Virus record (IMG/VR): IMGVR_UViG_3300002098_001910
Span: 1 to 49,211 of that record
DNA from: a virus
Lineage: Duplodnaviria; Caudoviricetes
Length of the DNA stretch: 49,211 bases
Strand: one strand, 5' to 3'
Numbering within the stretch: position 1 is the first letter of the stretch; each line of letters begins with the position of its first letter. Made by a program: the position numbers and the translations under genes. The notes under the pieces are model-generated. The model did not search any database and had not been told where the DNA came from. It was given only the letters and a program-made list of their open reading frames with translations. Of this stretch, positions 1 to 10,500 are shown one piece after another.

Positions 1-310
1 TATTTAACTCAATCTCTCGATTTGTCTTTTTTAGGTAAGATTGATAAGCATCGCCATCCCAGATGTGACAATCGTTATCAACTAAGAATTTAATATTTGT
101 GTCACCGCGTAAAAACCACAACAGTTCAGTTACAATTCCCTTGAAGTACATTTTTTTAGTTGTCAACAAAGGAAATCCGTCCGACATTTTGTGTCTGATT
201 TGTCTACCAAATACAGATAGAGTACCTGTGCCTGTTCTGTCTTGCTTCGTAATTCCATTATCTAGAATGTCTTGAAGAAGATTTGTATATACTTTGTCTA
301 AATTATTCAT
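1..310 (-). CDS. thyA: Thymidylate synthase, N-terminal part (runs off the left edge)
   Basis: Manual translation from ATG at 310: [76 protein letters not shown]...IWD. Classic [15 protein letters not shown] and ELLWFL motifs. Not in the ORF track. Confidence 0.97.
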   Translation of the reverse strand, partial: MNNLDKVYTNLLQDILDNGITKQDRTGTGTLSVFGRQIRHKMSDGFPLLTTKKMYFKGIVTELLWFLRGDTNIKFLVDNDCHIWDGDAYQSYLKKTNREIELN

Positions 311-855
311 AATTTGTGTTTTTTCTTTTTGATTACATGGTTGCGAACCGGCAAAGTTTTAGTATGATATACCCCTATGTTCTCATCTATTTCATCCAAG
401 TTAAGAAGAACAATTAAATCTTTTAATTGATTCGAATAACTATGGCCAACTTCACTGTATATGTAGTCTAAATATTTGTAATATTCGGACTCTGTATTCA
501 TTTTTTGGATATCGTTTCTAACAGATATCATTAAGTAGTAATCTATAATAGATTCTTCCCATTTTTTGTAATGAGCATAACCGTTAATCGAACTGTCTGC
601 TGTGGTCATTCTATTGTACGGAACTCTCATCCCATACAAATTGTTATTTGTTTTAAAATTATTAGATTGAAACCATCCAGTTTCTAGTATGGCTTGGGCT
701 ACGACTATTTTTTTAAATTTAAATGGTAACGAACAAACAGCGAGAGTTACGTCATTTACGGTAATACTGTCTTTTGGTATTGTTAGTATTGTTTGTTGTG
801 GTATACTATTTGATAATATTAATATTGATAGTATTGTTGCAATTATTTTTTTCAT
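307..855 (-). CDS. Glucosaminidase (GH73-like) peptidoglycan hydrolase with N-terminal signal/anchor
   Basis: AQAILETGW...NNLYGM and YxxWEESIxDY motifs; hydrophobic N-terminus. Confidence 0.8.
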   Translation of the reverse strand: MKKIIATILSILILSNSIPQQTILTIPKDSITVNDVTLAVCSLPFKFKKIVVAQAILETGWFQSNNFKTNNNLYGMRVPYNRMTTADSSINGYAHYKKWEESIIDYYLMISVRNDIQKMNTESEYYKYLDYIYSEVGHSYSNQLKDLIVLLNLDEIDENIGVYHTKTLPVRNHVIKKKKHKL

Positions 856-1018
856 CTTCGAAAATTTTGGTTTCTGTGTTCTTATCTTTTATCCACCTCA
901 ACACTTCCAACATACCGTAGTAATAAGGACTGTCAGTTCTGTCTATCTCTGATAATATATTCTGTTCGAGCTCTTGCATATCACTTAACTTGATGACTAT
1001 GCTGTGTTTGTTTTCCAA
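806..1018 (-). CDS. Hypothetical protein
   Basis: Tightly packed ORF in a minus-strand gene run. Confidence 0.5.
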   Translation of the reverse strand: MENKHSIVIKLSDMQELEQNILSEIDRTDSPYYYGMLEVLRWIKDKNTETKIFEDEKNNCNNTININIIK

Positions 1019-1020
1019 GA

Positions 1021-1281
1021 CTATTCTGTTTCGTGATTATAGTATTCTTCGAACTGTTTCTCCGCTTTTGGATTCACTTCTTTTAAGTGTTCTTGTGTTA
1101 ATTCGTATCTACCAATTTCTGTACTAGAATTGAATAATTCATCCCTTAACGAATCCACCTCAGTTTTTAAAGAATCTAACGATGGTTGTGTTTCTTTGTA
1201 TTGTTGAATCAGTTTATGTTGATTGTAAATAATGTGAAATAATATTCCTACTATAATCAAACTTAAAATATATTTTTTCAT
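1021..1281 (-). CDS. Hypothetical membrane-anchored coiled-coil protein
   Basis: N-terminal hydrophobic helix followed by heptad-like SLDSLKTEVDSLRDEL. Confidence 0.6.
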   Translation of the reverse strand: MKKYILSLIIVGILFHIIYNQHKLIQQYKETQPSLDSLKTEVDSLRDELFNSSTEIGRYELTQEHLKEVNPKAEKQFEEYYNHETE

Positions 1282-1298
1282 TTTTATTTATTTTTATT

Positions 1299-1487
1299 TT
1301 AATAACCTTTTTGTATTGCAAAAGACCATTTCCATTTTAGCCATCCAATTATGAGTCCATATGCTGGAGAAGTGACCCCTGTTTCCAAAAAAAAATCTTC
1401 GTAATACCATAAATTAATGTATGGAATAACATTAAAGTCTCCATAAGTATATCTAAAATCATTATGATGTATAAACCATTTTTTCAT
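1299..1487 (-). CDS. Hypothetical protein
   Basis: Packed in operon; aromatic-rich. Confidence 0.5.
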   Translation of the reverse strand: MKKWFIHHNDFRYTYGDFNVIPYINLWYYEDFFLETGVTSPAYGLIIGWLKWKWSFAIQKGY

Positions 1488-1503
1488 AAAAAACTATTTT
1501 TAA

Positions 1504-1701
1504 TTATTTGTGTTGATTATTCCATTCATCCGTTATGTATTTTACATTATCTGACAAATAATCCATTTTAGATAACCATTCAAAAACTTCTTTTGAACCT
1601 AACATATATGATTGATTCATACAATATATAATAGATTTTTTATCTAAGAATGCTGAATGTGGAATCGATTTTTCATATATTTCTTCTATTTTTTCTATCA
1701 T
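1504..1701 (-). CDS. Hypothetical protein
   Basis: ATGA overlap with the ligase stop codon. Confidence 0.55.
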   Translation of the reverse strand: MIEKIEEIYEKSIPHSAFLDKKSIIYCMNQSYMLGSKEVFEWLSKMDYLSDNVKYITDEWNNQHK

Positions 1702-2759
1702 AGTTCAATCTCCTTTTGCCAAAATGGCTTTGAATATTTTGGTCTTATAATCTTCCAAAGATAATCAGAATAATCTTTTTTGTCAAACATTTTAAATAAT
1801 ATTGATGAATGTTCATATCTTTTTGCGTATTCTGCAAAAACTTTTTTTTCTGATGAATTTTCAACCCTCATAATAACTTCATAAATCCAATTATATTCAT
1901 CTTCAATGGATTTGAATTTTGATTCAAGTTCGGTTTTGGTATTTCTAACCCAAACATCAAACTCATCGGGAACTTTATCTAATAACTGATTTATATCTTT
2001 ATTATCTTTCAAATATTCCCAAATATCCACATTTGAAAACCCTGTTAAAATTCTATGAAGACGGACATATTCTTCACTTTTTATCTTCATTCTGAACCCA
2101 TTTTTAAACCTAATCACATAACCTTCTCGTTCTTTATCAATCATCGATTTAAGGGTCTTATAATCACCAATCCCATCATATTTTTTAACAAGAGGCATCT
2201 TGGTTTCTTCACAAATTAATTTCAAAGAGTCATAATCCAATTCTTTACCTGACGCATTGCTTATCATTGATAAAACTACTAAAGATTCATCATTTCCGTA
2301 ATTACATACAATACGGTTCTGAGGAAAAAGTATTTCTATCAGTGTTGTATATCCTTTAGGTATTGGATGAATATTATATTTTGAGTCTAATATTTCTTTA
2401 CCTTTAATTGATTGTTCAGAAAAAAATGAACCTTTTGTTGATAAAATCCATTTACCCTCATACCAAAATAAAATCCCCAAAGACCCATCTAATTTTTCAA
2501 ACACTTCAAAAGTTTCATTAGGAATATCTTCTGACACTAATTCTTCCATATTGAAGAATTTATCAAATCCTTTGGCAATAACATACCCTTCGTTATCTAA
2601 TATAAGACCACGGCATTGTTTGGTTATTTCATCCCAATTATTTTCGTATTGAGTTTTACGAGAATAATTATAGATAGAAATAGGAAGGGTTGGATGTTCA
2701 TTTTTAACCACCAACCCTTCTTCAATATATTTGTTTAATTTTTCTAAATCGAATTTCAT
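1698..2759 (-). CDS. RNA ligase, T4 Rnl1 family
   Basis: CRGLI, KFFN, motif I EKLDGSL, EGYV and RMKIK motifs. Confidence 0.9.
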   Translation of the reverse strand: MKFDLEKLNKYIEEGLVVKNEHPTLPISIYNYSRKTQYENNWDEITKQCRGLILDNEGYVIAKGFDKFFNMEELVSEDIPNETFEVFEKLDGSLGILFWYEGKWILSTKGSFFSEQSIKGKEILDSKYNIHPIPKGYTTLIEILFPQNRIVCNYGNDESLVVLSMISNASGKELDYDSLKLICEETKMPLVKKYDGIGDYKTLKSMIDKEREGYVIRFKNGFRMKIKSEEYVRLHRILTGFSNVDIWEYLKDNKDINQLLDKVPDEFDVWVRNTKTELESKFKSIEDEYNWIYEVIMRVENSSEKKVFAEYAKRYEHSSILFKMFDKKDYSDYLWKIIRPKYSKPFWQKEIEL

Positions 2760-2971
2760 TAATTTTCTATTACCATGTTTGTGTTTGCAATTGGAAGTCG
2801 GAGAATTGGTTTTGATTTATCGAATTCATCTTTTTGCATTACTTCATAAAATGCGTACAGTACTTTTACTGTTGGGACGTTTTCATAATTGAAAATTATT
2901 CGAGAATCTTCGAGGTTGTCTGAAGTCACTTTTACTGTTCTAGTTGTTGTGTTAAATACTAATGTTTGCAT
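2759..2971 (-). CDS. Hypothetical protein
   Basis: Stop/start overlap with the ligase. Confidence 0.6.
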   Translation of the reverse strand: MQTLVFNTTTRTVKVTSDNLEDSRIIFNYENVPTVKVLYAFYEVMQKDEFDKSKPILRLPIANTNMVIEN

Positions 2972-2981
2972 GTTTTTTGTT

Positions 2982-3215
2982 TTATAATGTTTTATATTCT
3001 ATTGTTTCGTTTTCAGAAATATTATCAAAACTTTCCCAATTATGATAATTTCCGTTAATTTTTGGTAACATATGGTGTTCTCTATGACCACAATATTTAC
3101 ATTTCCTAACTAAAACTCTCACTGTATCTCTTCCACTTGGATGACCAGTTACATTATGTTTTTCTCTGGTGTATTTCCAATTATGTAATCCTATATAACA
3201 AAATGGAGATTTCAT
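2982..3215 (-). CDS. Small Zn-binding phage protein (DUF1660-like)
   Basis: CxxGxHxW...RxCxxCG pattern. Confidence 0.55.
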   Translation of the reverse strand: MKSPFCYIGLHNWKYTREKHNVTGHPSGRDTVRVLVRKCKYCGHREHHMLPKINGNYHNWESFDNISENETIEYKTL

Positions 3216-3216
3216 C

Positions 3217-3609
3217 TTATAATTTTATTTCGAATCTATTTTTCATTTTTTCCATAGTTTCTTCAGGAACACCATGAATTGATTTATTTCCGTGTCTATT
3301 CTCAATTATAATTGTAAATATAGTATATCCATACTTTTCTGCCAAATCAAAATAAGGTTTCATTTCCCATTCTTGTGTAAAAGTATTAGAAACTGCAATT
3401 TTTTGATTATCAATCATTCTTGTCTCAACTTCATTTTTACACCAAGCATGAGCTTCTTTAAGTTTTGATGGGTCAAAATTATAATTCCCTTCTTTATCAT
3501 AAAAAAACTTATCTGCTTCACAAACCTCACATTCATTCCATATAAAATGTGAGAATGAAGATTTTCCTGAACCAGGAAGACCTCTTACTAATGTTAATAC
3601 TTTTTTCAT
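3217..3609 (-). CDS. P-loop polynucleotide kinase-like protein (AAA_33)
   Basis: Walker A RGLPGSGKS, VSNT, HGVP..M..RFE. Confidence 0.85.
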   Translation of the reverse strand: MKKVLTLVRGLPGSGKSSFSHFIWNECEVCEADKFFYDKEGNYNFDPSKLKEAHAWCKNEVETRMIDNQKIAVSNTFTQEWEMKPYFDLAEKYGYTIFTIIIENRHGNKSIHGVPEETMEKMKNRFEIKL

Positions 3610-3610
3610 A

Positions 3611-4279
3611 TTATTTTGAATTTAATAATCTTTCAACATGATGGTCATCTGGCATTTCAGATAATTTTTCTCTGTGTCTTAATAAAGGTATAACTTCCCG
3701 ATATAAATTATAAGGTCTGAATTCAGGGTGCCCATCCATACCAACATCCATCCTTTGTCCACGACCAAATCTCATATGAGTTGGAAGATGACAATGACCA
3801 TGTAAATGCATTACACCTTTATTAAGACCGTCCCATGAACTTATTGGATAGTGCATCAAACGAAACTTAAATTGTCCCATTTCAAGAGTCTCATAATGAG
3901 AAACAGATTTAAATAATTCTTTAGACCCACCTATATTGTTTTCTATATGATGGTCATGATTCCCCAAGATTAAATGTATGTTTTTACATATTAATCTATC
4001 CCAAAATTCACGTATTTTTTCAAACCCACCAAAAGACCAATCACCCAAATGTAATAATATATCATCTTGACCAACAACTTTGTTTATGTTGTTGACTATT
4101 GATGAGTTCATCTTTTCTATTGTTTCAAAATCACGAGTTTGTGATATAGGTATTTGATTATCTTCAGTTCTCCATTCAGTAACACCTCTACATATATTTT
4201 TATGAAAATAGTGAGTATCAGAAGTTACCCACACATTAACTTCTGGAATATTTTTGGTATCAACAGGTATCTTTATCAT
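3611..4279 (-). CDS. Calcineurin-like metallophosphoesterase
   Basis: SDTH, HLGD, GNHD and HGHCH motifs. Confidence 0.92.
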   Translation of the reverse strand: MIKIPVDTKNIPEVNVWVTSDTHYFHKNICRGVTEWRTEDNQIPISQTRDFETIEKMNSSIVNNINKVVGQDDILLHLGDWSFGGFEKIREFWDRLICKNIHLILGNHDHHIENNIGGSKELFKSVSHYETLEMGQFKFRLMHYPISSWDGLNKGVMHLHGHCHLPTHMRFGRGQRMDVGMDGHPEFRPYNLYREVIPLLRHREKLSEMPDDHHVERLLNSK

Positions 4280-4749
4280 AATAAAACTTTTAATATACTA
4301 TCCCAATCGGGATATTCATTTAACATTTTTTTTTCATAATTCCATCCAAAGTGTAATAATTTTCCTTTGAATTTTCCCGCTCCATTTGCGGTTCTATCAT
4401 CAATCAAATAATCTCCAATTAACAAATCTTTTCTATGAGTAATAAACATTTTTTTGTGAAAAAGTTTTCCAAAATATTTTTCAACCCAATATCTTTTATC
4501 CGTTGAAGAACATGGATTACCCCATGGAGCTGCGGTGGCAATAAATAATTCATATTTATTACTTTCGGACAACTTTTTAACGGCATCAATTGCTCCATCA
4601 ATAGGTCTTGGGTCTCTGAATATGCCAGGAATATGGTCAGGTGAATGTTTATATTTATGAATTAAATTCGGATGTTCTTGGAACCATTTTTCAAATTCGT
4701 GTCCCAAATCAACCAAAACTCCATCCATATCCAAGTGAATTATTTTCAT
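4276..4749 (-). CDS. 5'(3')-deoxyribonucleotidase (NT5C-type HAD)
   Basis: DMDGVL, K..WV..YF and GDYLIDD motifs. Confidence 0.9.
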   Translation of the reverse strand: MKIIHLDMDGVLVDLGHEFEKWFQEHPNLIHKYKHSPDHIPGIFRDPRPIDGAIDAVKKLSESNKYELFIATAAPWGNPCSSTDKRYWVEKYFGKLFHKKMFITHRKDLLIGDYLIDDRTANGAGKFKGKLLHFGWNYEKKMLNEYPDWDSILKVLL

Positions 4750-4769
4750 ATTACAAAGATAATAAATTA

Positions 4770-5066
4770 TTATGATAATAAAAAAACTGGATTTTGTTCT
4801 CCAGCATAAAGACCAATAATATTATAACAATAAAATTCTTCAGCTTCTTCGATGGACATACCATCTCTTTCACATAAGATTGTGAGAATTTTATCTCTTC
4901 CATATAAAATACGAGGTCCTGCACCAAATTCCTCAACAATTCCAATAATGGAATCATCAAATCCGTCAAGTATTATTGCTCCTTCGGCGAATTCATTAGT
5001 ATCGTAATTATTAATTATCATACATATAATAGTAAACTTATTGTACAAATATGTCAAATTAAACAA
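4770..5066 (-). CDS. Conserved phage hypothetical protein (true start probably the internal Met of MIINN)
   Basis: LDGFDDSIIG...EEAEEF..YNI.G.Y.G..P pattern. Confidence 0.65.
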   Translation of the reverse strand: MFNLTYLYNKFTIICMIINNYDTNEFAEGAIILDGFDDSIIGIVEEFGAGPRILYGRDKILTILCERDGMSIEEAEEFYCYNIIGLYAGEQNPVFLLS

Positions 5067-5103
5067 ATCAACATTTTAAACTATTTATAATAAATTCACA
5101 ATT

Positions 5104-6138
5104 ATGAGAGGAGCATTTGCTTTAGGTCAAATTTCGGCCGAAGAAAAATCAGACATTTTAAATAAACATAGACATGTTTACGATGGTTACAGAACAATGC
5201 AACCTGAAGTATCAAATACACAACCTCTTTATGTACAAGATTTTGCTAATGATAAAAAAGGAATTACTGTAAATAATAAAGGTGTTGTTAAACCATACAC
5301 AAATATGGGTATTAATGAACAATGGGAAGCAGCGGTTGGAGATGCTTTAGCGGGATATGCAACCGATAAAGTGATTGACGCGGTTACTGATAAATTTAAA
5401 GGTGAAACAAGTGAAGAAGTTGAAAAAAAACAAACTTGTTCTGAGTGCGGTGGAAATATGATGGAAGGGGAATGTTCTGAGTGTGGTTGGAAAGGTGAAA
5501 TGGATGAAGAAACCGGTCACCTTGATGATATTTATCACGAACAAGATTTAGACCCAAATGCAGAATTTGATTATGTTAAAGGCGCTAGTAATAAAACAAA
5601 TGCGTTTCATATTAAAGAACAAGGTGGAAATACTGGTGATATGGATGTTGATGATGTTGAAAGTTCTTACTCACAAAAGATGAAAGGTCCTGACCAATTT
5701 GGTGATGATACATATTCTGATATTGCTCCTGATATGGATGTTGATGATGTTAAAAAAGCATTTGATTTTGTATCTGATGGACCAAGTGCTGGAGACGCTT
5801 ATCCTGTAAATGAAATTGGAGATGATTTTGGTTCATTATCTTATGAAGATAACGAACTTGAAAATGAGAGAGATGAGATTGAAGAATATTCTCCAATGGA
5901 ATCTGCTTGGGCTGATGATGTTGATGAACAGAGTATTTCTGGAGTTCAAGGAGTATATGGAGATATGGAACCTCCATATGATTTTGATAGTGGTGGACCT
6001 GGAAAGGCCGGACCTTATCAAACAAGAGAAGAAGAAAATGAAGATTGGTCTGATATGGATGAAGATTTACAAGAATCATTTATTAATCAGAAAAATAAGA
6101 TTATGGAAATGATGAATCGTATGAAAGTTATTAAATAA
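5104..6138 (+). CDS. Acidic putative internal head protein
   Basis: Preceded by TATTTAT motif (5082). N-terminal ISAEEKSDILNKH; many [ILMV]xE sites; paired CSECG motifs. Confidence 0.65.
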   Translation: MRGAFALGQISAEEKSDILNKHRHVYDGYRTMQPEVSNTQPLYVQDFANDKKGITVNNKGVVKPYTNMGINEQWEAAVGDALAGYATDKVIDAVTDKFKGETSEEVEKKQTCSECGGNMMEGECSECGWKGEMDEETGHLDDIYHEQDLDPNAEFDYVKGASNKTNAFHIKEQGGNTGDMDVDDVESSYSQKMKGPDQFGDDTYSDIAPDMDVDDVKKAFDFVSDGPSAGDAYPVNEIGDDFGSLSYEDNELENERDEIEEYSPMESAWADDVDEQSISGVQGVYGDMEPPYDFDSGGPGKAGPYQTREEENEDWSDMDEDLQESFINQKNKIMEMMNRMKVIK

Positions 6139-6140
6139 TA

Positions 6141-6166
6141 AAAAACCCTCAGAAATGAGGGTTTTT
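6141..6166. terminator. Bidirectional intrinsic terminator
   Basis: AAAAACCCTC-AGAAAT-GAGGGTTTTT between convergent genes. Confidence 0.8.
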
Positions 6167-7268
6167 ACATTATATCAATCAATAAGTCAGATAATTTTTT
6201 ATCTTTAATATCTCCCCACATCAAGGTTTTTTCTTTATCATCATTTAAAAATGTGATTTCATCTTTATCTTGAGGAAAAATTGTAGTTATAATTTTTTTA
6301 ATTTCATTCAATTTATATTTTTTTTGAAAAAGTTCCAAATTTTCTTGATATAATATTACATTTGGTACAAATATTTTACTTATTAGCGTATTATCATCTT
6401 TTTTTTCGGCAAAAACTTCATTCACATCACTAATAAATTGAATTTCAGATATCGAATCAAATTTTGATTTATCTATTGTTATATCAAATGAGTCAATAAT
6501 AACTAAATGTTTTTTTACCATTTCCCTATCAATTTTATAATAAGGTAATAAATGAATATTCTTTGGTAATTTTATTTTTTTGTCGCATTTAATTAGTTGA
6601 TATGTTTCAGATGGTATAAATGATTCAATAGGTAAAAAATTATCTCTTAAATATTTTATATTATTTTCTTCAATATTAATCGGGTTAATAAAATTAAAAA
6701 AAGACCATCCATTTTCAACTATAAAATAAGGAAAATTTTTTGTTTCATTTTTTGTTAGATAATTAGATATTAAGATTTCTTTACTTAATTTAAGCATAGT
6801 TTCTGTAAAAATAATTGTACCGGAAATATTTTTTTTATTCATATAATCTTTATTCCATATAAAATTTTTATGATATAATAATATCATATCAAATTTTAAA
6901 TGTTCAAAATAATCACTGATTTTTTCAAAATCAGGAATTTCATTAACATTAGAAATCATGATAATATCTTCAAAATCTAAAGTTAAATCTAAATTCATTA
7001 TTGAATCGCATATAAAATTCAATTGATGATATTTGATATCATAATTTGTTATACATGAATCATTTTTTGATACAATAATATGAATTATTTTATTTTCCCA
7101 TTCTTTAAATAAAGATTTATTTTTTTCAAAAGAAAGTTTTTTTGATGATTCAGTTTCAACAATAATAAAACTATCAACGTAAGAATTTAATTCTGTTAAT
7201 CTAAAAAATAACATTTCTATTTCATCATCAAAAAATATGGTATCAATTATTTTTTGTTTTTTTGTCAT
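6165..7268 (-). CDS. Glycosyltransferase family 17-like protein, DxD apparently lost
   Basis: IID..FFDDEIEML..RL.EL...VD.FIIVE, GWSF. The usual SDxDEIP appears as SNVNEIP. Confidence 0.7.
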   Translation of the reverse strand: MTKKQKIIDTIFFDDEIEMLFFRLTELNSYVDSFIIVETESSKKLSFEKNKSLFKEWENKIIHIIVSKNDSCITNYDIKYHQLNFICDSIMNLDLTLDFEDIIMISNVNEIPDFEKISDYFEHLKFDMILLYHKNFIWNKDYMNKKNISGTIIFTETMLKLSKEILISNYLTKNETKNFPYFIVENGWSFFNFINPINIEENNIKYLRDNFLPIESFIPSETYQLIKCDKKIKLPKNIHLLPYYKIDREMVKKHLVIIDSFDITIDKSKFDSISEIQFISDVNEVFAEKKDDNTLISKIFVPNVILYQENLELFQKKYKLNEIKKIITTIFPQDKDEITFLNDDKEKTLMWGDIKDKKLSDLLIDIM

Positions 7269-7334
7269 ATATACCTTATCTATTGAAAAATAAAGATTTA
7301 TTAATTATTATTAATAATAACAAAATTATATAAA

Positions 7335-7931
7335 ATGTCATCATCATATCTATTCATAAATCAACAAAGAAATCATGTTAATTTTTTAAACTATTATTAT
7401 TATTCAAACGCTTTTACTTTGGAGGAAATTGGAAAAATTAAAAGAATGGGTGAATCTATTCCAAAACAAATAGCGGTTACTGGTTCAGGAAATGAAGGAA
7501 TAGTTTCTGATTATAGAAAAAGTGAAGTTTCATGGATTCAAGAAACTCAAGATTCACAATGGTTATATGAAAAAATTGCGAATTATGCAATGGCTGCAAA
7601 TAAAGAAATGTGGAATTTTGATATTTGGGGATATCAAGATTCATTACAATATACCACTTACTACGGTAATGGCGGTCATTATGATTGGCACGTAGATTTA
7701 GGTCCTAATATGTCAAATAGAAAATTATCTGTTGTATTACAATTAGCAGACCCAAATGATTATATTGGTGGGGATTTAGAAATAAATTCAGGTGGCCCAA
7801 TATTACAAGTCCCTAGACAACTTGGACTTTTATGTTTTTTCCCATCTTTTTTATTACATAGGGTAACTCCATTAACATCAGGTACTAGAACATCTTTAGT
7901 TACTTGGCTCTGCGGTGCAAATCTTAGATAA
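7335..7931 (+). CDS. 2OG-Fe(II) oxygenase (PKHD/P4H-like)
   Basis: YDWHVD, RKLSVVLQL, YxGGDL, FPSFLLHRVTP..GTRxSLVxW. Confidence 0.92.
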   Translation: MSSSYLFINQQRNHVNFLNYYYYSNAFTLEEIGKIKRMGESIPKQIAVTGSGNEGIVSDYRKSEVSWIQETQDSQWLYEKIANYAMAANKEMWNFDIWGYQDSLQYTTYYGNGGHYDWHVDLGPNMSNRKLSVVLQLADPNDYIGGDLEINSGGPILQVPRQLGLLCFFPSFLLHRVTPLTSGTRTSLVTWLCGANLR

Positions 7932-8341
7932 TGATTAGAGAATTTATTACAATTGACGATTTTAAAAGAATCAGTACTGAAAATGAATATTTTATATGGA
8001 ATTTTGTGAGAGAAGATATTTTAATAAATGATATTGAAATAAAGTCTTATTTCTATATTAAATCTAATTATGAAAATCCATTAAAAAGTATTTTAATGAA
8101 AATACAAATACCGTATTTTGAATCATTCACAAATGAAAATACTTTTAATTTTTTAAAAAATTTTGGAATCTCCTCAAATCATTTGTTGGTTGAAAATCAA
8201 GGGTTTAGACCAATTTTAATTGGGTTTAATAGGGACAAAAAAATATGTAGTACTTTAGATACTTGTTATTGTACCGAGGGTATTATTGAAACAATTTATA
8301 GATTAAACCCTAAATTTATATTAGAATCTGATTTAAACTAA
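7931..8341 (+). CDS. Hypothetical protein
   Basis: Coupled to the oxygenase stop codon. Confidence 0.55.
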   Translation: MIREFITIDDFKRISTENEYFIWNFVREDILINDIEIKSYFYIKSNYENPLKSILMKIQIPYFESFTNENTFNFLKNFGISSNHLLVENQGFRPILIGFNRDKKICSTLDTCYCTEGIIETIYRLNPKFILESDLN

Positions 8342-8916
8342 CGTTCTGTATTGAAAAAAAATACTTGGAACAATCTTCCATTCTCTTTTGTATTTCCAAA
8401 ATAATCTAAAGAAACATGAAAATTATCGGCTCTATATAGAATTAATCTATTAAATAAATTTCCATATCTGTCAACTATATCCCATTTTGTGTAATCTTGA
8501 TAATCTTCTCCAGGAGGTGAATTTTTTAAATATTCTTCAGATGTATTTTTATAATCAAAAGTCATCATACCCGTATTTTTATGTTTAAAAATACCTGTTC
8601 CAGCTGATATGGGTGCATCTGGCGTTAAATAAAGAACACCAGCCCAATCTGTTGTAGAATCTGCATGAATCCATGACCTATCTGATGCTAAAGTATATTG
8701 AAAGGCTCCAGTATAATCATCACCATAATAAGTAATTTCACCTGCAAAAGGATATAATATATCTCTGAGAGCTTTTTTTATTGTATCATTTAAAAATGAA
8801 GTAGTTCTTTGTCCTGGATAATTACCTCTAACTTTAAATTCTTGTTTAAGAGCAAAATTACGAACTTCTAATGGATTTGAATAGAAATCATCAATAACTA
8901 AAGAATTTATTCTCAT
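8338..8916 (-). CDS. 2OG-Fe(II) oxygenase-like protein (DUF6445-like)
   Basis: VIDDFY.NP..VR.FAL, NYPG.R, IHAD, GVLYL, FNRLILY...FH, RLFQVFF. Confidence 0.75.
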   Translation of the reverse strand: MRINSLVIDDFYSNPLEVRNFALKQEFKVRGNYPGQRTTSFLNDTIKKALRDILYPFAGEITYYGDDYTGAFQYTLASDRSWIHADSTTDWAGVLYLTPDAPISAGTGIFKHKNTGMMTFDYKNTSEEYLKNSPPGEDYQDYTKWDIVDRYGNLFNRLILYRADNFHVSLDYFGNTKENGRLFQVFFFNTER

Positions 8917-9010
8917 ATAATTTATGTTTGTATTTTAAATTTAAAACTAAAATATCATAAAAAAATAGATTTTACAATATTTTCAGATATTTCTTTATAA
9001 ACTATCTTTC

Positions 9011-9310
9011 ATGGAAATAAAAGAAATTGTATCCTATTATTTAAACAGTGATTTAAATATTTTGGAAGTATCCTTCAGAACAATTGAAGATGATGATGAA
9101 CTATTGAGAACTGACAACATTGACTATGGAATTGTTACAGAATACGGATTTGAACTTGAATCCGAATATTTTGATTTTTTTGAGGATGAAATTGAAAAAG
9201 ATTTAGATGATAAATCTAAAATTGAACTTGATGAAGATGAATTAATTTCATTTTTAAACGAATATTATACTGTGAATCCAAATATTTTACCAAAATCCGA
9301 ACTATATTAA
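9011..9310 (+). CDS. Acidic hypothetical protein
   Basis: Clean ORF with phage-like codon usage. Confidence 0.6.
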   Translation: MEIKEIVSYYLNSDLNILEVSFRTIEDDDELLRTDNIDYGIVTEYGFELESEYFDFFEDEIEKDLDDKSKIELDEDELISFLNEYYTVNPNILPKSELY

Positions 9311-9330
9311 TATTCTTAATATTTATAATA

Positions 9331-9570
9331 ATGAACTTAGATACAGATTTTTTAATAAATTTTTTAAAAAAAAATACAAAATCATCTAAAGATGAGATTG
9401 GAGAACAAGATTCTGCAACACCATCTTCTACTACATCGTCAACAGGAAAAGCTCCTCCAAAATGGGAGGATTCATATCCAATAAAAAGAGGGAAAGCAAA
9501 TCCATTAACAAAATCAGGTGAAAAATGGGAAACAGGGATGACAAGAGGAGCTGCCAATCAAATTTGGTAA
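9331..9570 (+). CDS. Putative virion/late protein
   Basis: TATTTAT motif just upstream; internal repeat KWE...RG.AN twice. Confidence 0.6.
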   Translation: MNLDTDFLINFLKKNTKSSKDEIGEQDSATPSSTTSSTGKAPPKWEDSYPIKRGKANPLTKSGEKWETGMTRGAANQIW

Positions 9571-9597
9571 AATTAATATATTTATAAAAAAAGTTTT

Positions 9598-9747
9598 ATG
9601 GTACAAGTAAAATATAGTCCAAAACAAGCCTTAGAAAAAATAAAGTTAATGATGAAATATGACTCATCTAAAACTTTAAATGAGAATAAACAAAATATTT
9701 CAAAAAAATCGGAAATTAAATCACCGATAATGAAAACTAAGAAATAA
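9598..9747 (+). CDS. 49-aa ORF, possibly a truncated head-protein leader
   Basis: Manual translation MVQVKYSPKQALEKIKLMMKYDSSKTLNENKQ...; TATTTAT upstream. Confidence 0.45.
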   Translation: MVQVKYSPKQALEKIKLMMKYDSSKTLNENKQNISKKSEIKSPIMKTKK

Positions 9748-9770
9748 TTTTCAAATTAATAATTAATAAA

Positions 9771-10418
9771 ATGAACATTACTAAACAAATTAGAAAAAAA
9801 CTAATTGAAACAAAAGAACAAAAAGAAAAATCTTTAATTGAAAAAACTTTAGTTAAAGAAAGACTTTTAATGATTGTTGAAAACAAAAATTTTGACAAAT
9901 TGAATGAACAACAACAACTTAAAATGAGTTTCTTATTATTAAAAGAATTATCTTATTTACATAATAATAAACTAATTAATGAAGGATTTGGTGATATCCT
10001 ATCTAACTTATTTGGTGGATTTGGAGAATCTTTAATTGAAAAGGCCGTAAATTCTATTTTAGGTGCTTTAGGATTTCCTGATGGATTTTTTAAAAATGTA
10101 ATTGTTTCTGCAATCGCAACAAGACCAAGTGAATTATTTGCAGCATTTAATGATTGTAGAGCTTTAACAAAATTAGTTGCAGAATCATTATCGGATGCCG
10201 CTTTTATGACATTAAAAAAAGAAACAGGATTTGGTGGAACAGGATATGACACATTGAGAAATGCCCTCGGAGGCGCTATTAAAGACACTAAATTTATTCA
10301 AAACTTAGAAGAAGGTCTTGAAGATACGGTATGTAGTTTATACAATAAATTTTTAGGAAGAGCTGAAGATATTCAATCAAAAGTTCAACCTAAATCACAA
10401 ACAGTTCCGGCACGTTAA
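9771..10418 (+). CDS. Putative virion protein
   Basis: N-terminal IRKKLIE and LINE sites followed by a helical domain. Confidence 0.65.
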   Translation: MNITKQIRKKLIETKEQKEKSLIEKTLVKERLLMIVENKNFDKLNEQQQLKMSFLLLKELSYLHNNKLINEGFGDILSNLFGGFGESLIEKAVNSILGALGFPDGFFKNVIVSAIATRPSELFAAFNDCRALTKLVAESLSDAAFMTLKKETGFGGTGYDTLRNALGGAIKDTKFIQNLEEGLEDTVCSLYNKFLGRAEDIQSKVQPKSQTVPAR

Positions 10419-10500
10419 ACAGTATTCTCAGAGTGAAAACTCTTTGATATAAAGAAGACAAAAAAAAAGAGGGGGTGTTCTAATTTCTAAAAAAGAAGGG

